Below are positions 19,031 through 27,404 of a stretch of 32,993 bases of DNA, one piece after another. The notes under the pieces were generated by a model, which ran no database searches, was not told the origin of the DNA, and saw only the letters and a program-made list of their open reading frames with translations. A program made the translations under genes and the position numbers. Each line of letters starts with the position of its first letter. Within the stretch, counting starts at the first letter, position 1. The DNA comes from Cytophagaceae bacterium (lineage in GTDB: Bacteria > Bacteroidota > Bacteroidia > Cytophagales > Spirosomataceae): assembly GCA_043777715.1 (NCBI GenBank), contig JAYWHL010000080.1:1-32993 (forward strand). Direction: 5' to 3'.

Positions 19031-20374
19031 ATGATAACAAACTTTCGACTGTTGATATTGATAAGGGTACTCATCATCGTTTTGATGATTATAGGAAGCG
19101 TTTGGCTTTGGAACTACACAACGCTGGTGGTTACAAAATTCATGGCCGTAACCATTACAACTGTGTTGGTTTACGACCTCGTTTTGTATGTAGAACGCAC
19201 CAACCGAAAACTCTCGAATATATTTGAAGCCATTAAATATTCGGACTTTACAAGGAGTTTTTCGATGAACCAAATGGGAAATTCGTTTGATAGTTTGGAC
19301 AAAGCCCTCAACGAAGTAATGGTGTCGTTTCATAAAGCAAGAGAAGAACGAGAAGAAGCCCTTAGATATTTAGAAACCATCGTACAACACGTAGGAACTG
19401 GGCTAATGGTTTTTAACCAAAAAGGGGAAATAGAAACCATAAATGCTGCGGCAAAAAGATTGTTTAATATCTTGACTATCAAGAATATAAAAGATTTAAA
19501 AAGCCTAAGTTTAGCCTTGGTAGATACCCTCGAAACATCAACAACGGGCAACAATCATCTAATCAAAATAAATGCTGGAGGCCAAGAAAAAACCATAGCC
19601 ATTGCCGTAACGGAGTTCCGAAAAAAAGAAAGTATTTATAAAGTTGTGTCGTTTAGGAATATTCAGTCCGAACTGCAAAGCAAAGAATTTGAGGCTTGGC
19701 AAAACATAACGAGAGTAATGACCCACGAAATTGTGAACTCGATTACGCCCATTGCATCGTTGTCGGGTACGGTAAATCAAATGATAGCACAAGAGATTCA
19801 AAGCGATGGAAAACTCACAGACGATACCCTAAAAGACGTACAAGAGGCGATGTATATCATAGAACGCCGTAGCGAAGGACTAAAGCACTTTGTAGATGCT
19901 TATCGTAGGTTCGGAAGTTTGCCAAAACCTAATTTTAAGCCCGTGGCCGTAAAGCAGTTACTAGACCATGCCGTAAATCTTTATAAGGCCGAGAGTGTGG
20001 AATATGGCGTAAGTTTGAAGGCGGAAACAGAGCCACATAATTTGCAGTTTAATGCCGACCCCGAACTGATAGAAATGGTATTGATAAATCTGATTAAGAA
20101 TGCCATGCAGGCCAGCCAAGGTATTGCAAATGCAAGCGTGAAGATATTAGGGAAAATGGATAATCAGGGGCATATCGTGATAGAAATAACCGATAATGGC
20201 AAAGGAATTATACCTGAAGCCATTGATAAAATATTCATTCCGTTTTTTACCACCAAACAAGGAGGCACGGGCATTGGGCTGTCGTTATCAAGGCAAATAA
20301 TGCACCTCCATGATGGTACACTTCAAGTAGAATCTAAACCAGACATCAGTACAACTTTTATGATGAGGTTCTAA
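19031..20374 (+). CDS. membrane sensor histidine kinase (PAS-HisKA-HATPase_c)
   Basis: 447-aa ORF with two N-terminal TM helices. It has the H-box MTHEIVNSITPI, N-box LINLIKNAMQA, G1 ITDNGKGI and G2 GGTGIGLSL. No response regulator gene is adjacent. Confidence 0.85.
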   Translation: MITNFRLLILIRVLIIVLMIIGSVWLWNYTTLVVTKFMAVTITTVLVYDLVLYVERTNRKLSNIFEAIKYSDFTRSFSMNQMGNSFDSLDKALNEVMVSFHKAREEREEALRYLETIVQHVGTGLMVFNQKGEIETINAAAKRLFNILTIKNIKDLKSLSLALVDTLETSTTGNNHLIKINAGGQEKTIAIAVTEFRKKESIYKVVSFRNIQSELQSKEFEAWQNITRVMTHEIVNSITPIASLSGTVNQMIAQEIQSDGKLTDDTLKDVQEAMYIIERRSEGLKHFVDAYRRFGSLPKPNFKPVAVKQLLDHAVNLYKAESVEYGVSLKAETEPHNLQFNADPELIEMVLINLIKNAMQASQGIANASVKILGKMDNQGHIVIEITDNGKGIIPEAIDKIFIPFFTTKQGGTGIGLSLSRQIMHLHDGTLQVESKPDISTTFMMRF

Positions 20375-20402
20375 AAGGTAATAGACTGACTATCAATAAA
20401 AT

Positions 20403-20434
20403 AAAAAGAGAGACTCATCAGAGCCTCTCTTTTT
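20403..20434. terminator. bidirectional intrinsic terminator between the histidine kinase (+) and ybbR-like (-) genes
   Basis: Stem aaaaagagag (20403-20412) pairs with ctctcttttt (20425-20434), 10 bp, with an inner ctc/gag extension. The A/T runs are built into the stem flanks. Confidence 0.6.
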
Positions 20435-21185
20435 ATTTCTTGGATTTCTTTTTTGCTTTTTTAGGTTCTTTAACAACCTTTGGAGTGGGTTTTGGTAAAT
20501 CTTCGATGGGTATTTGTAAAGTAGCAACTTCAAAACTAACCTGAACTTTGGAATGACTAAAACTCAAATTAGTGTTTTGGGGAAATTCAAGAGGGATATC
20601 ATTATCAAAATCAGAATCAATTTTTTTGATTGGAATAGCAATCGTAAAAGTATTATCCAATGATTTTATCAATGACTCGGGCCCAGTTGCCAATATGGTT
20701 CTGGGCGTGATGTTAATCAAACTAGAAACAACATAAGGCTTGCGGAGGTTTATGCCCAAACTATCAACCTCAATTCTAATCTTTTTACTGATTTTTTTAT
20801 CGAAATCAATTTCTAAAGTATCAGTAACTACATAATTGATTTTCAGGTCTTTAACTTGTTCTGCAACCATATCAGTCAGGGCGGAAGTATTAATAAACTT
20901 GGCTTTTAAGGGTTGCAAAATTTCATATTCAAGTGGCAAGGTGTTTAGCGACCATTGCCGTTTGAAGAGCGTCCAGCCATTTCCCGAAACATTAACGCTA
21001 ATTTGTTTTGGCAAAGGCGTAGTAGGGATATAAAGCGTGTCATTATACTTTATATCGAGCGGATAGTCCAGCTTCGTGGTATAGCCATCTTTGTTTAGGG
21101 CGTTCATTAGCCAAAAAGTAGCTGCGGCCAAAAAGCTAAAGAAAGCGACCTTAAAGTCGGGTTTTCGGGAAATAGAACCAGGCAT
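20433..21185 (-). CDS. YbbR-like domain protein (membrane-anchored)
   Basis: 250-aa ORF with an N-terminal TM anchor, a beta-rich body and a lysine-rich tail. It sits downstream of yajC, as in many Bacteroidota. The call rests on context and composition. Confidence 0.5.
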   Translation of the reverse strand: MPGSISRKPDFKVAFFSFLAAATFWLMNALNKDGYTTKLDYPLDIKYNDTLYIPTTPLPKQISVNVSGNGWTLFKRQWSLNTLPLEYEILQPLKAKFINTSALTDMVAEQVKDLKINYVVTDTLEIDFDKKISKKIRIEVDSLGINLRKPYVVSSLINITPRTILATGPESLIKSLDNTFTIAIPIKKIDSDFDNDIPLEFPQNTNLSFSHSKVQVSFEVATLQIPIEDLPKPTPKVVKEPKKAKKKSKK

Positions 21186-21244
21186 TTTAAAGATGATTAT
21201 AGATAAAAGAAACTCGTGTATATAAAATGGAGCTTCTTGGGCTA

Positions 21245-21562
21245 TTATTCTCCAGCTAATCTGCTTGTAGAATCTTTTGAAATAGCCGACTTTTCAAAAA
21301 CAATTCTAAAACCTTTAGACGAATCTACTTCGATAGTTGCTGTTTTTTCGCCAATAGATACCACCGTTCCATGGGCGCCACCGATAGTTATAACTTTATC
21401 ACCCTTTTTTAAGGAATCAATAAAAGATTTTTGGTCTTTCTGTTTTTGTTGTTGTGGCCTAATCATAAAGAAATAAAACACAATAATAATACCGCCCCAA
21501 AGCACTGCTTGAGGTAAAAACGAGGCCATACCGCCCGCCTGCAAAATGATAATAGAAAACAT
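21245..21562 (-). CDS. yajC: preprotein translocase subunit YajC
   Basis: 105-aa ORF with a single TM helix followed by IRPQQQKQKDQKSFIDSLKKGDKVITIGGAHGTV, matching the YajC signature. Confidence 0.85.
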   Translation of the reverse strand: MFSIIILQAGGMASFLPQAVLWGGIIIVFYFFMIRPQQQKQKDQKSFIDSLKKGDKVITIGGAHGTVVSIGEKTATIEVDSSKGFRIVFEKSAISKDSTSRLAGE

Positions 21563-21618
21563 AGTTTATTTGATGGTTAAATATATAAAATACGAAAAAA
21601 TTTGAGCCTCTCCCCTAC

Positions 21619-22080
21619 TCAATTATTCATTTGGCCAGGCTTTGGCAAAACCTCTACCTGAAACGAAATCGAATTAACTTCGGGTTTGGTGTTGGCATAA
21701 ACAGAAACCGTTTTGTTTTGCATACCCTTCTTGTTTATACTCCTAAAAACGACCTTAATTTCGCCTTTTTCGTTTGGTTTAATGGGTTCTTTTGGCCACT
21801 CAGGCACCGTACAGCCACACGAAGCTGAGGCATGGTTGATAACTAAATCTTTACCGCCGACATTCGTAAATTTATAAACATAAACAATAGAGTCGCCTTC
21901 GGTAATTTTCCCAAAATCCTTACTGTTTTCAGCAAATTTCATAACTGGACTCTCTCCTTGATTAGAAATATTTACAGGCGGAGCAACATTAAGGCTTTCT
22001 TTAACTTGGGCTTTTTGATTGTTTTGGCAAGCCGAAAACCCAAAACAAGTAATACAAAAAAGGAAGATAGGTTTTTTCAT
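21619..22080 (-). CDS. DUF1573 domain lipoprotein
   Basis: 153-aa ORF with a lipobox (GFSACQ). The segment FTNVGGKDLVINHASASCGCTVPEWPKEPIKP is typical of DUF1573. Confidence 0.7.
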   Translation of the reverse strand: MKKPIFLFCITCFGFSACQNNQKAQVKESLNVAPPVNISNQGESPVMKFAENSKDFGKITEGDSIVYVYKFTNVGGKDLVINHASASCGCTVPEWPKEPIKPNEKGEIKVVFRSINKKGMQNKTVSVYANTKPEVNSISFQVEVLPKPGQMNN

Positions 22081-22131
22081 GGTTGAATTAAAAATAATTA
22101 TAAATATATTAAAGTGTTGTTTATCAATGCT

Positions 22132-22434
22132 TTATGATTTATTTTTTATTTGTCCCATCAATGTTTCAACGTCTTCGAGTAGTCGTTCGGCTTTTTCTCG
22201 GGCTTCGCTCACAACCTTTTGGCCTTCGGATTTTGCCAAGCTACTTCCAGGCAATTCAGCGTTGTCTATGAGGTCGCCTATCAACTTTTGGAGTTGTTCT
22301 CTATATTTTGCGAGTTTGAACGACAAAAGGTTTCTTGTGTTTTCGCCAGTGTCGGGGGCATACAAAATGCCAAGAACAGCACCAGTGGCCGCACCAGCCA
22401 AAAATGCTACAAGGGTTTTAGATGATTTGCTCAT
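22132..22434 (-). CDS. YtxH domain protein
   Basis: 100-aa ORF with an N-terminal glycine-zipper helix (LVAFLAGAATGAVLGILYAPDTGE) followed by a charged helix. Confidence 0.7.
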   Translation of the reverse strand: MSKSSKTLVAFLAGAATGAVLGILYAPDTGENTRNLLSFKLAKYREQLQKLIGDLIDNAELPGSSLAKSEGQKVVSEAREKAERLLEDVETLMGQIKNKS

Positions 22435-22494
22435 GGTATTTATTGTTTAATGAGATTTGGGTTTTAAGTTACAGAGTTATTTTAAGGGCATACA

Positions 22495-23667
22495 TCATTT
22501 GTTATCAATCAAGCCACGGCCACTTTTACGAATTTTACCCTCTTGAAGGAGTTTGATAGATAGAACGTCTAAGATACCATTTAAAAACTGACCACTTTTG
22601 GGTGTTGAGTATTCTTTGGCCAAATCGATGTATTCGTTAATGGATACTTTTACAGGAATACTCGGGAAATTGAGCATCTCGGCCAAGGCCATTTTTAACA
22701 AAACTTGGTCGGTCATGGCCACACGCTCAATGTCCCAGTTTTGAAGGTTCGCAGCCACCAACTCCTCCAAGCGACTTTCGTTTTCGATAACATAACGGAA
22801 CAAGTCTTCAAAATAATATTGGTCGTCTTCCCAAGTTGGCGATAGTTCTTGAAGGCCAAAGTTATTTTCTTCGTGCGATTTAACAGTTCTTTTGATAATT
22901 CCCTTTACAATGTCTTCGTTTTCTGTCCACAAAAAATCTCTATCATCAAAATAGCTATCGGTTAGTGGTGTTTTCAAAATCAAAGAATTAAAAAGATACC
23001 AAACCATTTTACGATCTTCTTCGGCAGTATGGTTGGGTGCTTTGCAATAGTTTTCAAAGGTAGGGTCTTTAACAACGGTTTCTCTAAAAAACGACCTCAA
23101 CATACCTCGGTCAGCGTCCCAATTTATTTCTCTTCTTATCAATTCGGTTTTTAATAAATCGTTTTCTTTGAGGGCTAAAATTAGCCTATTTTGAGCAAAA
23201 GTGGCCGTTGGGTAATGAATGGGTTCTAGTTTTTCTGAAACTTCGTCATACATTCGGCGGTCATCGGCCAAAAAGGATTCATCGGCCAATTCGGTAAGCA
23301 TCAAAAGTATCTTTAAATAATGATTGTAGATAACATTTGGCTCGGCCATCATTCTTCTAAACATGGCCTTTTGGTCGAATATATTGGCCGCCAAACACTC
23401 TTGTTGAGCCGAAATTGCTATTTTTTTAATGCTGGGGGGCGTTTGGTCGTCAGTTTGTGTTTTGCGATAATAGCCTTCAAAATAGGCAAGGGCAAGCTGT
23501 TTGTTAGACTCTAAAAGGTTAGAATCCTGTTTTTCCATAGAGTTGAGGTCGGGCAAAAAAGCATCAGCAATATTATCTAAAGCCAGAAGATAATTAGCTC
23601 CCTGTGCTTGTTTAATGGCATAGAGTGTTTGCATGACTTTGATTCTAAGAAACCGTCGATTGAGCAT
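22495..23667 (-). CDS. nusB: transcription antitermination factor NusB (expanded form)
   Basis: 390-aa ORF. A NusB-like first helix lies at the N-terminus (RRFLRIKVMQTLYAI). The C-terminal NusB core (ERVAMTDQVLLKMALAEM...VSINEYIDLAKEYS...FLNGILD) is separated from it by a large insertion. Confidence 0.8.
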   Translation of the reverse strand: MLNRRFLRIKVMQTLYAIKQAQGANYLLALDNIADAFLPDLNSMEKQDSNLLESNKQLALAYFEGYYRKTQTDDQTPPSIKKIAISAQQECLAANIFDQKAMFRRMMAEPNVIYNHYLKILLMLTELADESFLADDRRMYDEVSEKLEPIHYPTATFAQNRLILALKENDLLKTELIRREINWDADRGMLRSFFRETVVKDPTFENYCKAPNHTAEEDRKMVWYLFNSLILKTPLTDSYFDDRDFLWTENEDIVKGIIKRTVKSHEENNFGLQELSPTWEDDQYYFEDLFRYVIENESRLEELVAANLQNWDIERVAMTDQVLLKMALAEMLNFPSIPVKVSINEYIDLAKEYSTPKSGQFLNGILDVLSIKLLQEGKIRKSGRGLIDNK

Positions 23668-23698
23668 AATAAAAGAACGTTTGTGTCTGTTTGTCCTA

Positions 23699-23706
23699 CA
23701 AAATTA
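23699..23706 (-). promoter_or_regulatory. -7 box TAATTTTG upstream of nusB
   Basis: The reverse complement of caaaatta is TAATTTTG, about 32 nt upstream of the nusB ATG (23667). Confidence 0.35.
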
Positions 23707-23832
23707 GTCATTTTTTGCCGAAGGGGCTTGAACTATTCATCAAAATGTTTGTTGTGGTTTAGATTATATGCACTACGAGCTAATAAGAAACACAATTCGT
23801 TTTTCTTATCTTAGTACCTTAAAAACAAATTA

Positions 23833-24654
23833 ATGACAATTGCCCGACTAGATAATGAAGTTTTTTTTAAGAAAGCCTTTACCGATAAAATCGTATTTAA
23901 GGCTTTTGTAAAGGATATTGTTGGCATAGAGGTAAATCCTGACACAATTGAAACAGAAAAATCTTTTCAACCAAGGATTGGAAACATAAACTTCAAATAC
24001 GACATTTTTGCCGAGGATATAGCAAAAAGGATTGTTATAGAAATTCAAAAAGTTGAATATGACCACAACTTTGACAGGTTTTTGCACTATCATTTACAGG
24101 CTATAACAGAACAACAACGCAGTAGCGATGATTATTCAGTTGAAAAAACTGTTTATACAATTGTGGTAATGACAGCACCATATAAAATAAATGCAAAAAC
24201 AAGAGAATTTTATAGAGATGAGGTGTTGATATCTAAACTAAATCCTAAAAACTTGGCAGGAATTGAACGAAAATTGTTTAATCACGAATTGATATACCTA
24301 AACCCTAATTATAAAGGTCAAGATACTCCACAAAACTATCGAGATTGGTTAGATTTAATTTATGAAAGTATTCATAATCCTGAAAATCCAAATGTAAATA
24401 TTCAGAATGAGGGCGTAAAAAGAGTAACAGAAATTATGAGTTTTGAGAATATAAACCCCGACGAATGGGAGGCTTCTAAACAAGAAGTAGGAAGACGAAA
24501 AGTGCTGAAATTAGAAAGAGAAGAGGGACAAGAAGAAAAAGCAATTGAAATAGCTAAAAATATGATAGCAGACCATGAATCAAAAGAGAAAATTACGAAA
24601 TATACAGGCTTGTCAATCCAACAAATTGAAGACCTAAAAACCACCTTAAATTGA
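23833..24654 (+). CDS. Rpn-like / PD-(D/E)XK nuclease family putative transposase (PDDEXK_2 type)
   Basis: 273-aa ORF. The N-terminus DNEVFFKKAF and the catalytic-core-like segment DIFAED...RIVIEIQK are typical of this family. A C-terminal helical module (AIEIAKNMIADHESKEKITKYTGLSIQQIEDL) is also present. Confidence 0.75.
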   Translation: MTIARLDNEVFFKKAFTDKIVFKAFVKDIVGIEVNPDTIETEKSFQPRIGNINFKYDIFAEDIAKRIVIEIQKVEYDHNFDRFLHYHLQAITEQQRSSDDYSVEKTVYTIVVMTAPYKINAKTREFYRDEVLISKLNPKNLAGIERKLFNHELIYLNPNYKGQDTPQNYRDWLDLIYESIHNPENPNVNIQNEGVKRVTEIMSFENINPDEWEASKQEVGRRKVLKLEREEGQEEKAIEIAKNMIADHESKEKITKYTGLSIQQIEDLKTTLN

Positions 24655-24734
24655 TTTTTCTTGCATAGTTAATCGCAAAAAAATATCCAAATCGACCTAA
24701 AATTTCCCCGCTTAAATATGTTGTCAGCCACTTT

Positions 24735-26519
24735 ATGAAATCGCTATCACGCCTCAATAAATACTTCCTAAAATACAAGTGGTACTTGGTTTTGGGAACG
24801 ATTTTTACCGTTATTTCAAACCTTTTTGGTATTCTCCCTGCCCAGATTGTCAGGCATTCGCTAGACCTCGTAAAAGAAACCATCGACCTCTACTTTCTGT
24901 ATGATGGTTTTTCGAGCCAAAAAGCTGTTTATGAGATATTTACCTTTAGTATTTTGGTTTATGGCTTACTTATTTTGATGATGGCACTGCTCAAAGGTGT
25001 ATTCTTATTTTTGGTTAGGCAAACGCTTATCGTAATGAGTCGCCATATAGAATTTGACCTCAAAAACGAAATCTACACCCATTACCAAACCCTCCCGCTA
25101 AGTTTTTATAGACGCAACAACACAGGCGACCTCATGGCCAGAATTTCCGAAGACGTTGGCAAAGTGAGAATGTACGTAGGCCCAAGCATTATGTATGGCC
25201 TAAACTTATTAACGCTTTTTGTGATGGTTATTTCTTACATGATTTCTGTAAGCCCCCACCTCACTTTTTATGTATTGTTGCCCCTGCCTATGCTGTCGGT
25301 AAGTATCTTTTTTGTGAGTAGTATCGTGAATAAACGCTCAGAAGAAATTCAAAAAAACCTATCTGACCTTTCTACTTTTGTGCAAGAGGCATTTTCGGGA
25401 ATAAGGGTGTTAAAAGCATTTGTCCAAGAAAAAGTTTCGGGCCAAAGGTTTGCTGTCCAGAGCGAAAAGTACAGAGATAAATCAATGGCACTCACCAAGA
25501 TAGATTCGATGTTTACACCCCTGATTTTTCTATTAATCGGGCTTTCTAATATCCTTACGGTATATGTTGGCGGCCAAGAGGTAATAGCTGGGAGGCTTAC
25601 GGCAGGAAATATTACCGAATTTTTGATTTACGTAAACATGATAACTTGGCCAGTGATAGCTTTGGGCTGGACAACCTCGCAGATTCAACGAGCGGCAGCT
25701 TCCCAAAAACGAATCAACGAGTTTTTAGACATCAAAACAGATATAATTTCACAAAAAGACCTCGTTCAAGAAATTCAAGGCCAAATAGATTTTGAAAACA
25801 TAACCTTTACCTATCCTGATTCAGGAATTACGGCTCTCCGAAACTTTAGTTTGAGTATAAAAGCTGGGGAGTCGGTGGCTATTCTTGGCTCAACGGGTGC
25901 GGGCAAAAGTACCGTGGCCGCACTCCTTGCCCGAATGTACGACCCAAGCGAAGGTCTTATCAAAATTGATGGCCAAAAACTACAAGATTTTAACGTTAAA
26001 GCCTATCGGCAACAACTGGGCTATGTGCCACAAGATGTGTTTTTGTTTTCGGATAGTATCAAAAACAATATAAAATTTGGGTTGGAAGAAATGCCTGAAG
26101 AAAAAATAATTCAAGCCGCCAAACACGCAGACCTTTATCAAAACGTTATAGAGTTTCCTGATGGTTTTGAAACCAAACTGGGCGAAAGGGGAATCACGTT
26201 ATCAGGAGGGCAAAAACAACGACTAAGCATAGCGAGGGCGATGGTAAGAAACCCCAAGATTTTGATACTAGACGATTGTTTGTCGGCGGTGGACACCAAG
26301 ACCGAAAACGTGATTTTGAATAACCTAAAAAGCCTCATGGCTAGTAGGACATCGCTCATTATCAGCCATAGGGTGTCGTCGGTAAAGTTGGCAGATAAAA
26401 TAGTGGTTCTGCACGACGGACAAATTATTGAACAAGGCACGCACGATGACCTCATGGCGGCCAATGGCACTTATAAAGACCTCTACGACAAACAATTAAC
26501 CGACGAAACAACGGCATGA
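24735..26519 (+). CDS. ABC transporter, fused permease/ATP-binding exporter (MsbA-like)
   Basis: 594-aa ORF with a six-helix TMD. It has Walker A GSTGAGKST, the signature LSGGQKQRLSIARA and Walker B ILILDD. Confidence 0.92.
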   Translation: MKSLSRLNKYFLKYKWYLVLGTIFTVISNLFGILPAQIVRHSLDLVKETIDLYFLYDGFSSQKAVYEIFTFSILVYGLLILMMALLKGVFLFLVRQTLIVMSRHIEFDLKNEIYTHYQTLPLSFYRRNNTGDLMARISEDVGKVRMYVGPSIMYGLNLLTLFVMVISYMISVSPHLTFYVLLPLPMLSVSIFFVSSIVNKRSEEIQKNLSDLSTFVQEAFSGIRVLKAFVQEKVSGQRFAVQSEKYRDKSMALTKIDSMFTPLIFLLIGLSNILTVYVGGQEVIAGRLTAGNITEFLIYVNMITWPVIALGWTTSQIQRAAASQKRINEFLDIKTDIISQKDLVQEIQGQIDFENITFTYPDSGITALRNFSLSIKAGESVAILGSTGAGKSTVAALLARMYDPSEGLIKIDGQKLQDFNVKAYRQQLGYVPQDVFLFSDSIKNNIKFGLEEMPEEKIIQAAKHADLYQNVIEFPDGFETKLGERGITLSGGQKQRLSIARAMVRNPKILILDDCLSAVDTKTENVILNNLKSLMASRTSLIISHRVSSVKLADKIVVLHDGQIIEQGTHDDLMAANGTYKDLYDKQLTDETTA

Positions 26520-27112
26520 AAAAACTTCTCTTTTTAGGAATTATCATCGTTTTGGCATCGTGTGGCCGCAAATCACAAGACGATACTGGCTATACCCCCA
26601 AGCCAAAAGGTTATCCTAGATTAGATTTGCCCCAAGTTCAATACACTTCTTTGGGAAATTCACACCCCTATACGTTTGAATATTCTAAGGCTGCCGTTAT
26701 CAAACCTGATACTTTTAAGGGGGCAGAACCCCATTGGATTTTTGTATATTATCCTGCGTTTGATGCCAACATTCAACTAACCTACAAGCCCGTTGGCAAT
26801 GATAAAATAAAATTGGCCAAGATGATAGCCGATGCCCACAAACTCACGGCCAAGCACAACATTAAGGCTAATTCTATCGAAGATTTTTTGATGAAAACAC
26901 CCTCTGGTAAAAGCGTTGGCCTGATGGAACTAGACGGCGAAGTGCCTAGTTATATGCAGTTTTACACCACCGACAGTACAAAACATTTTTTAAGAGGGGC
27001 CTTATATTTCAAAACCGCCACTGCCCGAGACTCGCTTTCGCCTATAATTGCTTATATCAAAAAGGACATTTTGCACTTGATAAATACCCTAAAATGGGCT
27101 GGAGAGAAATAA
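26516..27112 (+). CDS. gldD: GldD-like gliding motility lipoprotein
   Basis: 198-aa ORF with a lipobox (VLASCG). The PKPKGYPRLDLP segment resembles the GldD N-terminus as I remember it. Its start overlaps the ABC exporter stop (ATGA, 26516-26519). Confidence 0.5.
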   Translation: MKKLLFLGIIIVLASCGRKSQDDTGYTPKPKGYPRLDLPQVQYTSLGNSHPYTFEYSKAAVIKPDTFKGAEPHWIFVYYPAFDANIQLTYKPVGNDKIKLAKMIADAHKLTAKHNIKANSIEDFLMKTPSGKSVGLMELDGEVPSYMQFYTTDSTKHFLRGALYFKTATARDSLSPIIAYIKKDILHLINTLKWAGEK

Positions 27113-27185
27113 GAACAAATACGGTTAGTAGCTGTTGGTAATTGGCTTGAAAAACAAGAGATTATAAGTTAAAAAATATCCTTTT

Positions 27186-27216
27186 CCGTGTTTGGTGAGC
27201 CACCAACTACGGAAGA
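27186..27216. repeat. REP-like hairpin repeat, copy 1 (hairpin module only)
   Basis: ccgtgtttggtgAGCcaccaactacgg followed by aaga. It shares the TTTGGTGRGCCRCCAAMTACRGAAG pattern with 31243-31268. Confidence 0.6.
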
Positions 27217-27259
27217 GGTTAAAAGGCCGTTTTACATATAATGAGCTGAATACTAAACC

Positions 27260-27292
27260 TTTGTGTTCTTTGTTCCTTTGTGGTTAATTTTG
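27260..27292 (+). promoter_or_regulatory. full Bacteroidota-type sigma-A promoter match (TTTG-N21-TAATTTTG) with no downstream gene on that strand
   Basis: TTTG lies at 27260-27263 and TAATTTTG at 27285-27292, with a 21-nt spacer. It sits in the convergent gldD/HAD intergenic region and points at repeat copy 2. Confidence 0.35.
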
Positions 27293-27318
27293 TATTTGTG
27301 TTTATTTTTAGAAAATAA

Positions 27319-27385
27319 CCCAAAAATTTGTCAAAGAATATTGCTTTCGCAAAGGTGGTTGCTGAGCCACCAACCACGGGAACAG
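27319..27385. repeat. REP-like repeat, copy 2 (full unit)
   Basis: cccaaaaatttgtcaaagaaTATTGCTTTCGCAAAGgtggttgctgagccaccaaccacgggaacag. The 16-mer TATTGCTTTCGCAAAG (27339-27354) and the 9-mer aaaatttgt (27323-31) are identical to copy 3. Confidence 0.65.
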
Positions 27386-27404
27386 CCAATGTTTGAACAA
27401 ATCA

